Source: Magnetococcales bacterium DCbin4
GTDB lineage: Bacteria; Pseudomonadota; Magnetococcia; Magnetococcales; UBA8363
Reading direction: 5' to 3'
NCBI GenBank assembly: GCA_002753735.1
Contig: PEAN01000012.1
Location: forward strand, 14,575 to 78,574
Length of the DNA: 64,000 nt
Below, piece by piece: positions 8,561 to 16,209 of this stretch (the stretch's first letter is position 1; every line of letters starts with the position of its first letter). The notes under the pieces were generated by a model, which saw nothing but the letters and a program-made list of their open reading frames with translations, did no database searches and was not told where the DNA came from. A program made the translations under genes and the position numbers.

Positions 8561-8797
8561 ATGATTTGGCGGTTAATTTGTACGGGTGAAGGAACTCCAT
8601 CACCGATCACAAACGGCGGAAAAGTGCAGGCCTGCGTCGATGGCACCATGCCAATTTGGCAGCCTGAGCAAGGGTTGGATATTTTATCTTGGGATCAAGA
8701 TGCTATTTCAATTGTAATGCTTTCCACCCTGATGTTCTACGTCGCAGGGCTTGGACTTGGTGCAATATTGAGGTTGTTGGGAAGGTTTGGAAGGTAA
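8561..8797 (+). CDS. Small phage protein with a C-terminal TM helix (minor virion/assembly protein candidate)
   Basis: The ORF-track start 8540 is TTG and the first ATG is at 8561. The C-terminus is hydrophobic then basic: ISIVMLSTLMFYVAGLGLGAILRLLGRFGR. Confidence 0.35.
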   Translation: MIWRLICTGEGTPSPITNGGKVQACVDGTMPIWQPEQGLDILSWDQDAISIVMLSTLMFYVAGLGLGAILRLLGRFGR

Positions 8798-8848
8798 GTC
8801 ACAGGCAACGTTGCCAATCAATAATGGTTTTTTTAAGGAGATGGATTC

Positions 8849-9079
8849 ATGAAGAGTTTTCGGGAGTTTTTGCAAAAGGGTGCTGCACTTGGTTCCGGAT
8901 TGGCCGTTGGAGTCGCCACAAGTCCCGCCTTTGCGGCGCTTGACGTGTCGGGTGTGCAAACGGCATTGGACAACAATCTGAGTTCCTATGAAACCGTTGC
9001 CGTGGCCATCATCGGGTTTGTGTTGGGCGTGGCCGTCATCTACGGGATCCTCAGTTTGATCAAGGGCCGTGCACGGTGA
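8849..9079 (+). CDS. Inovirus major coat protein (g8p-like)
   Basis: 76 aa. Signal peptide MKSFREFLQKGAALGSGLAVGVATSPAFA, then a mature ~47 aa with an acidic N-terminus (LDVSG..D..E), a TM core VAVAIIGFVLGVAVIYGILSLI and a basic tail KGRAR. A strong terminator follows. Confidence 0.8.
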   Translation: MKSFREFLQKGAALGSGLAVGVATSPAFAALDVSGVQTALDNNLSSYETVAVAIIGFVLGVAVIYGILSLIKGRAR

Positions 9080-9170
9080 TGCAATGCCTGAGTTGATTTT
9101 GGGGGGACTGTGGGTTGCTTCGTTGTTGGTCGGAATTCATCATGGGCTGACCATGTTGTGAGGAGAAGAA

Positions 9171-9195
9171 GGGGTGCGATGCGCCCCTTTTTTTT
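9171..9195 (+). terminator. Intrinsic terminator after the major coat gene
   Basis: ggggtgc gat gcgcccc forms a 7-bp stem (one G-U pair) with a 3-nt loop, followed by T8. Confidence 0.75.
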
Positions 9196-9204
9196 GTGAA
9201 AGAG

Positions 9205-10680
9205 ATGAAAAAGATTTCAATAATATTGATTATTGTGTTGATTTTTTTGTCGGTAAATAGGCCTAGGCAGGCTGATGCTATTGCTCCCATAGCATGGGGT
9301 ATGTCTATAGCACTTTGGGCTGTTGGGTTGGGTTTGTTGTGGTATGATTCTTTTGGACGTCAGAGTGATTTTACCTCTAAATCTCAACCGGTTACCAAAG
9401 AACAAGCTTCTGGGGCTGGAAGTCCTCCAAAAGTTCAACCAATTTTTAAATTTTTATCATCAGGTTCTCCATATTATTATGAAGGGGATTTTTCTGGCGC
9501 ATTAGATAAGATTATGCAGTATTCAAAAGAGACTGGTTCAAAATGTCAAGATGCATTTTATAAAGCCAGTGAGTTACCTCCTGTTCCAACATCTGGTACA
9601 GGAATAATTTATGTCAAACTTTATACTAATCAATGGCCTTGTACTATTCCAGGTTCTACTGGTTTTGCGCAGTATTTATCTCCGACTATTGGTTATAATA
9701 CTCCAACAACTCCCAGGTGTCCGACAGGACTTTCTGTTCAACCTGATGGTAAATGTGGTGATAGTTCCATGGCTGATGGTAAGCCTGGGATTGGTAGTCA
9801 ACCTGATGGGACGTTTGTTGATCTCATAGATCCTGATGGTATTGGAAGTGATGTATCGTTATCGGATGATAAGAAAAGCGTCAATGTTCCGAGTGTTGAT
9901 AATCCGGATTTAGGGATAACTGGCACGGCACAGTTATCAAAAACAGGTGCAGAAAATATGAACACGAAGATTGATGAAAAATATTCATCAATTGTTCACA
10001 AAGAAGATGGAACCACGGCAGAAGCGCAAGTGACTTTATCCAGGGAAGTTGCTCCGGATGGGTCTGTTGTGAATTCTAGTGAATCTGTTCAGTATGTTGA
10101 TGGTTCAACTCCTCAGGCGGGAGATAGGTTGACTGATTCGTCTTGGGTTGGTTCGGATGGTTCTATTGTTCTTACGGATCCGGTTCCAGGTGGATTGAAT
10201 GACACTTCCGGGGGTTCTGGTTCTGGGGGTGGTGATGGAACGGGTGGAACCGGTGGAACGGGTGGAACCGGTGATTTGTCAGGGCTGCAATCGACTTTGG
10301 ATGGGATAAAAAATGGTCAATGTGGGGGTGTTGGACAACCGGAGTGCAAGGTGGATCTCGGTGATGTCTCTGGGGTTTCAGTTCTTGATAAGCGGTCGTC
10401 GGTCAATTCGGATGCGCTTAATCCGGATGGTCAGGTAACAAAGCAGGATGAATTAAAAGCAGAAATAGATGAATTGAAAGAACAGTTGAAGGTTGGCTTT
10501 GAGAGATTGGTGAATTTGAATCTGAGTGGATCAGAGTATTTACCATCATGGAGTTTTTCAACACTTGGTTCGACGTTTACAATTGATTTGGCCAGATATG
10601 CAGAATTGCTTTCTCCGATTGCTGATTTAATTTTGTTTTTTACATCGGTAACCTGCCTGTTTATTATCATTGGAGATTAA
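9205..10680 (+). CDS. Minor coat/adsorption protein (g3p-like) with a Gly-rich linker
   Basis: ATG at 9205 (the track start 9196 is GTG). Signal peptide MKKISIILIIVLIFLSVNRPRQADA. Central linker SGGSGSGGGDGTGGTGGTGGTGD. C-terminal hydrophobic anchor ILFFTSVTCLFIIIG. It occupies the g3p position. Confidence 0.65.
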   Translation: MKKISIILIIVLIFLSVNRPRQADAIAPIAWGMSIALWAVGLGLLWYDSFGRQSDFTSKSQPVTKEQASGAGSPPKVQPIFKFLSSGSPYYYEGDFSGALDKIMQYSKETGSKCQDAFYKASELPPVPTSGTGIIYVKLYTNQWPCTIPGSTGFAQYLSPTIGYNTPTTPRCPTGLSVQPDGKCGDSSMADGKPGIGSQPDGTFVDLIDPDGIGSDVSLSDDKKSVNVPSVDNPDLGITGTAQLSKTGAENMNTKIDEKYSSIVHKEDGTTAEAQVTLSREVAPDGSVVNSSESVQYVDGSTPQAGDRLTDSSWVGSDGSIVLTDPVPGGLNDTSGGSGSGGGDGTGGTGGTGGTGDLSGLQSTLDGIKNGQCGGVGQPECKVDLGDVSGVSVLDKRSSVNSDALNPDGQVTKQDELKAEIDELKEQLKVGFERLVNLNLSGSEYLPSWSFSTLGSTFTIDLARYAELLSPIADLILFFTSVTCLFIIIGD

Positions 10681-10683
10681 GGA

Positions 10684-11046
10684 ATGGATTTCAAAACTGC
10701 AATATCAAATAGTTTGCAGTCGATATATAATTTTTTCGAGTCAATCTATTTGTTTCTGTTTGATGGGGGGATTTCTGAATGGGTTGGAAAGGTAATAAGC
10801 TATTTCTATGAAGTATTAATGGTTTTATATTATAGCTTGATCAAAATAGTTTTGACTGGATTGGTTGCTTTTATCGATGGTTTGTATGAATCGATGAACA
10901 TTGCTGGTGCGGTGGAAGGGTACTGGCAGAATATTGATGAAGGATATCGTGGGATCATGGTGTTTTTTCATGTACCTTTAATTTTGTCGATGTTGTTGTC
11001 TGCGTTTGTCCTCAGAAAGATTTTGAAATATACGGAAATATTTTAA
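10684..11046 (+). CDS. Small multi-TM virion/assembly protein (g6p-like)
   Basis: 120 aa with several hydrophobic segments. It sits between the g3p-like and Zot genes, with a TAATG 1-nt overlap with zot. Confidence 0.5.
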   Translation: MDFKTAISNSLQSIYNFFESIYLFLFDGGISEWVGKVISYFYEVLMVLYYSLIKIVLTGLVAFIDGLYESMNIAGAVEGYWQNIDEGYRGIMVFFHVPLILSMLLSAFVLRKILKYTEIF

Positions 11047-12245
11047 TGCCTATTACAATTTATTACGGTCCTCCAGGAGCCTACAAAACGTCATCGGCGC
11101 TTTTGGATTTCTTTGCTGATGCTGCCTTTTCAGGACGGACTGTGATGACAAATATTCGTGGTTTGGATGATCGTGCACGAGTGGTTTCGGTGCTGGAAAA
11201 AAGATTTGAGGCTAAAGGGTTTGGTCCATGGCGTACCCAAGGGAAAAAGGTTCCTGATCATTGGCAGTTGATTTACAGGCAATCGGAAGATTCAAATGGG
11301 ATTAAAGAATGGCAAACGTTTTTTCATGACTTACCGCGGGGCGCATTGATCATTATTGATGAAGCACAACGCATTTATCGGAAAGAACTGACCGCAAAAC
11401 AGCTTTCTGAGTTCGATTATCCCGGTGGTCCGGATCGAGCATCGGAAATGGATGTGCCTGCTGATGTAAGAACAGCTTTTGAAATGCACCGGCACTGGAA
11501 TCTTGACTTTGTACTTACGTGTCAAAATTTGTCCCAATTGCATGAGTTGATCAAAAATACTTCCGAAATGGCTCATAGTCATCAGAATCTTGCATCTGTA
11601 TTGCTATTCATGAAGGGGCATTACGTGGTCCGGACTCATCCGGCGGATACGTATCTTGCGGAAAAAAATATTGTTCTTCAGCGGAATCGAGTGATTCAAA
11701 AATGGATTTTCGATTTATACAAATCTACTGCAACGGGGATTGTCAGTGACACCAACACCGGAACAAGCATATGGCGAAATCCAGCTATCGCGATCCCAGT
11801 TGTTGGGCTTGTTCTTTGCGTCATATACCTTTTATTTTTCGCGAAAATTCCCTTTCTTGGCAAAGATCATACTGCCGGTGTCAAGGATACTGATAAAGCC
11901 CTTGGCAATAGTGGCTCTGTACCTGTATCGAAAGATCGTAATGCGGTTGATAAGGGTAACGTTCAGAATACTGATGGTCCTGGTGTTGGTTTATCTTTCT
12001 TTGAAACTGGTCATGTGAAGAATAAGATTTTCCTGGTCGGGCTGATTGGCGGAAAAGCAAGATTCGAGGTTGAAACTGATGATGAGATGGTAGGTTTAGT
12101 CTATGATCAGGATGTTATAGAAAGGATTGGATACAAGGTTGAGATATTCACAAATTGTCTGGCCAAGCTTACAAAAGGTGGGGTTGATGAATACGTTCGT
12201 TGTAAGGGAATTGAAGGTGAAAAGAAAAATCGCGGTATTCTTTAA
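11046..12245 (+). CDS. zot: Zot-family assembly ATPase (g1p-like)
   Basis: MPITIYYGPPGAYKTSSAL..GRTVMTNIRGL.., Walker B LIIIDEAQ, and AFEMHRHWNLDFVLTCQNLSQLH parallel the CTXphi Zot motifs as I remember them (GAPGSYKTSGAL, ITNVRGL, FIDECG, AFDMHRHHGWDI). There is a central TM, AIAIPVVGLVLCVIYLLFF. Confidence 0.85.
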   Translation: MPITIYYGPPGAYKTSSALLDFFADAAFSGRTVMTNIRGLDDRARVVSVLEKRFEAKGFGPWRTQGKKVPDHWQLIYRQSEDSNGIKEWQTFFHDLPRGALIIIDEAQRIYRKELTAKQLSEFDYPGGPDRASEMDVPADVRTAFEMHRHWNLDFVLTCQNLSQLHELIKNTSEMAHSHQNLASVLLFMKGHYVVRTHPADTYLAEKNIVLQRNRVIQKWIFDLYKSTATGIVSDTNTGTSIWRNPAIAIPVVGLVLCVIYLLFFAKIPFLGKDHTAGVKDTDKALGNSGSVPVSKDRNAVDKGNVQNTDGPGVGLSFFETGHVKNKIFLVGLIGGKARFEVETDDEMVGLVYDQDVIERIGYKVEIFTNCLAKLTKGGVDEYVRCKGIEGEKKNRGIL

Positions 12246-13827
12246 TGTTTTTATTTTATTTCTTTGTTTCAATGGGGTGGCATTTCCAGAAGGACGGTTC
12301 ACAACCGTGAATTTTCATAATATTCCGTTGGCCGAAGTTGCAGAGTATGTTTCTCAAACTGCCAAAGTTGGAATCATTTTTTCTGGTATTGAAGATCGAA
12401 TAACCTGGAATCAGACTTTTCTGATCGATAATTTGTTTTTGGTTTTCTCGTCGGTTTTGAATGCTCAGGGGTACTACTTTGCTTCTGAGGGGTATGGATT
12501 GTGGTCAATTCGAAAACATGATCAAGGGACGGACATAAACTCAGGAGCACATCTTGTCATGACCTTGAGAAATGTATCAGCAAATGATTTGAAAGAATCG
12601 GTTAATTTGTTATTTGGGAATAAAATAAGAATTGCAGGTGGAGAGAAAGAAGGACGGGTCATTATCATAACAGGGCAACTTTCATTATTGCAAAAAGCAT
12701 TTTCAATCATTCAACAATTTGATGATTCATCAGAGCCGGTGAAGGATCATGAAATTGTGGATATATCTCACGAATTGACCAGGAAGATTGAACCACGTTT
12801 AAGGTCCGTACTTGGAGAAACCGTTGGCATAACTTCCAATCCTTGGTCGAAACAAATATTGATCAAAGGTACTCCATCACAAAGGCTTTTGGCTCGAGCG
12901 GTGGTTGAGATGATGGATAAACCACAGGCAGATTTAAGGCGCGTTGTCCGGTTGCACAGGTTGACGGCTTCGGATGTGGTGACAGTTATAAAGGAGCTTG
13001 CCGAAGCGGTTGTAGTGCATGCCGTTGGTTCTCAGGAGGTTCTGTTGACTGGACCATCCAGCGAAGTGCTGAATCTTGTCGACGTCGTGCGGGATCTTGA
13101 TGGAGGCCGTGAACAGGTGCGTGTTGATGCAATCATTGCGGTTTTGTCCGATGATGGACTTGAACAACTGGGAACCAAGTTGGAAATGACAGATTCCGGA
13201 CTCGTGGAAAATTTCGTTGCTCAAGGACTGGCAGTTGATGGTCCAAATCTGTTGATGGATTTGGTAACAGGCCGTCTGAAAGTTCACATCAACGCTTCCA
13301 AAGGGGAATCAACGGGACGTGTCTTGTCATCCCCATCTTTGACGGTTCTTGACGGTCAAACTGCATCCATATTGGTTGGTCAAAACATACCTCTCATTGC
13401 CAAGCATCAATCAGGAACGTCAGGTGACAAAGAATCACATGATGGAGTCGAGGTAAATCGTGTTGATGTCGGTTTGTCCTTGCAGATCACACCAGGTATT
13501 GAAGGGGACTTCGTGAGGTTGAAGATTTTGCAAGAGGTTTCCGGGATATCCCAACAAAACGTTGGCGCAGTAGACATTTCAACCAACGTACGAAGGATTG
13601 AAACATCGGTTTTGGTACCAAACGGTCAGACCTTATACCTGGGGGGGGTACGTGAAGATGAGACGGGAGCAACAGATTGGAAAGTTCCGATCCTGGGAGA
13701 TTTGCCAATTGTTGGGATGGTTTTTCAATCGAGTTCTCAATCAAGGAGGGGATCAAATCTTGTAATTTCAATTAAACCTTCTGTGATTTCAAGGGATGGT
13801 GATGGAGTACGAGAGTTAAGTTTATAA
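12187..13827 (+). CDS. Phage secretin (g4p-like; GspD/PulD-family outer-membrane channel)
   Basis: C-terminal secretin signature: TLYLGGVREDE..WKVPILGDLPIVGMVFQSSSQSRRGSNLVISIKPSVI. I prefer the start at 12187 (MNTFVVRELKVKRKIAVFFNVFILFLCFNGVAFP, signal-like) over the ORF-track 12127. It overlaps the zot 3' end. Confidence 0.8.
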   Translation: MNTFVVRELKVKRKIAVFFNVFILFLCFNGVAFPEGRFTTVNFHNIPLAEVAEYVSQTAKVGIIFSGIEDRITWNQTFLIDNLFLVFSSVLNAQGYYFASEGYGLWSIRKHDQGTDINSGAHLVMTLRNVSANDLKESVNLLFGNKIRIAGGEKEGRVIIITGQLSLLQKAFSIIQQFDDSSEPVKDHEIVDISHELTRKIEPRLRSVLGETVGITSNPWSKQILIKGTPSQRLLARAVVEMMDKPQADLRRVVRLHRLTASDVVTVIKELAEAVVVHAVGSQEVLLTGPSSEVLNLVDVVRDLDGGREQVRVDAIIAVLSDDGLEQLGTKLEMTDSGLVENFVAQGLAVDGPNLLMDLVTGRLKVHINASKGESTGRVLSSPSLTVLDGQTASILVGQNIPLIAKHQSGTSGDKESHDGVEVNRVDVGLSLQITPGIEGDFVRLKILQEVSGISQQNVGAVDISTNVRRIETSVLVPNGQTLYLGGVREDETGATDWKVPILGDLPIVGMVFQSSSQSRRGSNLVISIKPSVISRDGDGVRELSL

Positions 13828-13937
13828 TTTGGTTTTGCTATTGACTTTGCTTTTGACTGTTGTTTTTTTAAATATATAAAAATAAAAATAAGCTGGTTTT
13901 GACTTTTAAAATGTCTTAAGTGATAAGAGAAATAGCC

Positions 13938-13981
13938 TGTTGGAAACTTGTTGGAAACTTGTTGGAAAATTGTTGGAAAAA
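13938..13981 (+). repeat. Left iteron set: 4 x 11 bp TGTTGGAAA(C/A)T
   Basis: tgttggaaact tgttggaaact tgttggaaaat tgttggaaaaa, head-to-tail, in the non-coding region after the secretin gene. Confidence 0.85.
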
Positions 13982-13987
13982 CGGTTT

Positions 13988-14067
13988 TTTTTTCCTTTTT
14001 GAACGATCCCTTCTCCGAATCATTACAATCCAGTGTGCTTGTCCGGGATCGTTCAAAAAGGAAAAAA
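13988..14067. promoter_or_regulatory. Perfect 23-bp-stem hairpin (34-nt loop): candidate replication origin or packaging signal
   Basis: Left arm ttttttcctttttgaacgatccc (13988-14010) is the exact reverse complement of the right arm gggatcgttcaaaaaggaaaaaa (14045-14067). Confidence 0.8.
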
Positions 14068-14072
14068 TCGTT

Positions 14073-14116
14073 TTTTCAATAATTTTTCAATAGGTTTTCA
14101 ATAGGTTTTCAATAGG
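14073..14116 (+). repeat. Right iteron set: 4 x 11 bp TTTTCAATA(A/G)(T/G)
   Basis: ttttcaataat ttttcaatagg ttttcaatagg ttttcaatagg. The reverse complement (CCTATTGAAAA) loosely mirrors the TTGGAAA core of the left set. Confidence 0.85.
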
Positions 14117-14142
14117 CGGGCGATACAGAACAAAATTAAGTT

Positions 14143-14406
14143 ATGAACAATGATTTGGTTGAAAAGAAATGGTGCGCTATGTGTGATTTTGATGTGTATG
14201 GTCTGGAGGGTCTTGCCTTGGAATTTATGATTGAACAGAGGAATAAACATTCCTATGAGTTGGAAGATTATTTTGAAGGTATTGCTGCTTTTTTTGAGGG
14301 GGAGGATAGGTTTCCGGATGGGGTATTTGAGGAGTCGGATTCTCAGATTGCATTTATGAATGGTTGGGGAATGGCAGAAAAATTTTGTTTGAGAGGAAAA
14401 ATATAA
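14143..14406 (+). CDS. Hypothetical small acidic phage protein
   Basis: 87-aa ORF with an ATG start, immediately after the iteron region. No recognisable motif. Confidence 0.4.
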   Translation: MNNDLVEKKWCAMCDFDVYGLEGLALEFMIEQRNKHSYELEDYFEGIAAFFEGEDRFPDGVFEESDSQIAFMNGWGMAEKFCLRGKI

Positions 14407-14463
14407 AAAGTTCTAGAAAATGTGTCAATTGGTTACATCAAAACATCAACAGATAGGTGATCT

Positions 14464-14847
14464 ATGTCTTTTTTTGTTGAACAAAATATTAGGTGGGTTG
14501 CGAATGAATGTTCAAATGGATTCGTTGAAATAACGCCATATTTCTTTAGATCCTGTTCTGCGGTTGCATATTTTGTGAATTACACTGATGCAGATCTTTT
14601 TCGCAGGTCAAAAAATATGGAAGATTTTTTACGGTCCATGGAGGAGGTATTGGGGAAGGGCATGCCTACCTGTCCTGAAGCGCAATTGCAGGTTTGGAAT
14701 GAACTTCGTTCCTTGGTTGTTTCTTGTCTCTCTTCTTCGCAAGGTGATGCCCCTGAGCGAGGAGCGCCAGCGACGAGCGATGAGGGGCATCACCTTGTTA
14801 AGAGCTTCCCAAGGAGGTTATCCCCAATGGGCAAGACGTCCCTGTAG
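14464..14847 (+). CDS. Hypothetical phage protein (3' third doubtful)
   Basis: 127-aa ORF. Its last ~35 codons run through a GC-rich 15-bp-stem hairpin (14740-14797) that looks like a DNA structural element rather than coding sequence. Confidence 0.3.
   Translation: MSFFVEQNIRWVANECSNGFVEITPYFFRSCSAVAYFVNYTDADLFRRSKNMEDFLRSMEEVLGKGMPTCPEAQLQVWNELRSLVVSCLSSSQGDAPERGAPATSDEGHHLVKSFPRRLSPMGKTSL
14740..14797. other. GC-rich perfect 15-bp-stem hairpin upstream of rep (candidate nick site, second origin or other cis element)
   Basis: caaggtgatgcccct (14740-14754) is the exact reverse complement of aggggcatcaccttg (14783-14797). The 28-nt loop contains gagcga twice. A second 7-bp hairpin aagacgt/acgtctt lies at 14833-14855. 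Confidence 0.7.
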
Positions 14848-14912
14848 CACGTCTTATAAACTAGGTCGGACAACTGAGCGTAAGTGGTCATTAGTGGCCA
14901 TTGCTAAATTGT

Positions 14913-16208
14913 ATGGAGTTCGGAAAAATGCCTGAAAAGTGGAAATTTTGCAATAGATACGATCCCTATACCATGATCACCGGTGACTCTGACGAATTTC
15001 CGACTGATCCAAAGGGAAGTTTGTTCGAATCGGGTACTGGTCTCCACGATCTGAGCCATATCCATGTGTTGTCATCAACGGTTGATACGGTCAAACAGAT
15101 TTATCATGGTGTAATCAAGTTGAAATGGTTAGAAAAAATTGAGCGCTTTCTTGATTCTAACGAAGAATTCCTATCTGATGGTCCTTATGGTCCCTGGCAC
15201 ATTTCGAGAATCGGTAAAAGTTCAGGTTACCAATTGAAACTTCAAAATAACGAGTTGGGCTTTGTCATCTTGTTAAAGACCGTCTATGCCAAGCATGATA
15301 AACCAGCAAGTCATCTCAAAATTGAAGTTTCTCCACACAGGATTCGTTCTTCTGGGTCTTGTGGGGCTTTGCAGGGGAATTTGGACAGCATTGCCATTTG
15401 GCTGTTGGAGGAGGGCTGGAAGTATGTTGGTGTTGCCGTTCACCTTGCTGTTGATGTTCAGGGTTGGAAACCTAAAATGGATTTTATGCAAAAGTTGGTT
15501 ACAAGGACACGGACAACCAAGGATTTTCGTGGTATATCCGATTTTCAGCTTGATAATTTATCCGAAATATCAACAGTATACGATAATGGGCAGTCTTTCC
15601 TGTTTGGTAAAGCGTCTGCTTTGCAAATGGCCGTCTATCGCAAAGATCTTGAAATATCAAAAAGGGATAAAGTTGATTATTTTCATGATGTTTGGAACAA
15701 AGATGGGAAGGATTGGTTTGAGTCAGATAAATGTGTTTGGCGTATTGAGGTGAGGCTTCATCATGGCATTATGCGCGAGATTGGACTGGGGCTTGGAGGC
15801 AAAATTGAGTCCTTCCGGGAGTCTGAAAGTGTGCTGACCGATGTTTGGCGGTATGGGTTGGATCGTAACCGTTTGATGCTAACTGAGCGATATATTGATC
15901 CTTTTTGGCAATTATTGATGCAGGATGTTCAATTCTGCTTGCCACCTAGTGGTGTTGCGGTGCGTCGAGTAAAAAAAAAGGATATGTCCAATGCAGGAAA
16001 AAATGTGGCAATGATGATTGGCAACATTGTTACTCTGGCCGCTCGTCGTCAAATGGATGCTTTTCAAATTGTTCATATGATTCAGGATATGGCTTTGTAC
16101 GAAGATGTTCGGGATTATTTGAAGTCCAAGGGGTATCGTGAAGGTCGGCTTTTTGAGATGGTTGAGAGGGGGTTGAAGATTCGTCGTCTCCTTGGCAAGG
16201 CTGCTTAG
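14913..16208 (+). CDS. Rolling-circle replication initiator (Rep_trans/RstA-like)
   Basis: VGVAVHLAVDVQGW (the hHhAhD metal-binding-type motif) and CVWRIEVRLHH resemble the Rep_trans / phage CRI family. It is placed after the structured intergenic region. The start is uncertain: TTG 14901, ATG 14913, or ATG 14928, the last preceded by GGAG. Confidence 0.6.
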   Translation: MEFGKMPEKWKFCNRYDPYTMITGDSDEFPTDPKGSLFESGTGLHDLSHIHVLSSTVDTVKQIYHGVIKLKWLEKIERFLDSNEEFLSDGPYGPWHISRIGKSSGYQLKLQNNELGFVILLKTVYAKHDKPASHLKIEVSPHRIRSSGSCGALQGNLDSIAIWLLEEGWKYVGVAVHLAVDVQGWKPKMDFMQKLVTRTRTTKDFRGISDFQLDNLSEISTVYDNGQSFLFGKASALQMAVYRKDLEISKRDKVDYFHDVWNKDGKDWFESDKCVWRIEVRLHHGIMREIGLGLGGKIESFRESESVLTDVWRYGLDRNRLMLTERYIDPFWQLLMQDVQFCLPPSGVAVRRVKKKDMSNAGKNVAMMIGNIVTLAARRQMDAFQIVHMIQDMALYEDVRDYLKSKGYREGRLFEMVERGLKIRRLLGKAA

Positions 16209-16209
16209 A

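Noticed and set aside
11064-11090. The Zot Walker A reads GPPGAYKT (Tyr where GxxxxGK[ST] expects Gly), a possible inactive ATPase
   Set aside because: CTXphi Zot has the same G-x-P-G-x-Y-K-T-S form as I recall it, so this is the family norm. Walker B (IIIDEAQ) is intact.
12127-12186. The ORF-track start of the secretin at 12127
   Set aside because: The first 20 codons lack a signal peptide and lie deep inside zot. The Met at 12187 begins a basic-then-hydrophobic signal sequence.
13938-14116. The tandem repeats as a possible mini-CRISPR array
   Set aside because: The units are 11 bp and directly abutting with no spacers. There are no cas genes. They sit in a phage intergenic region around a long hairpin, so they are iterons and not CRISPR.
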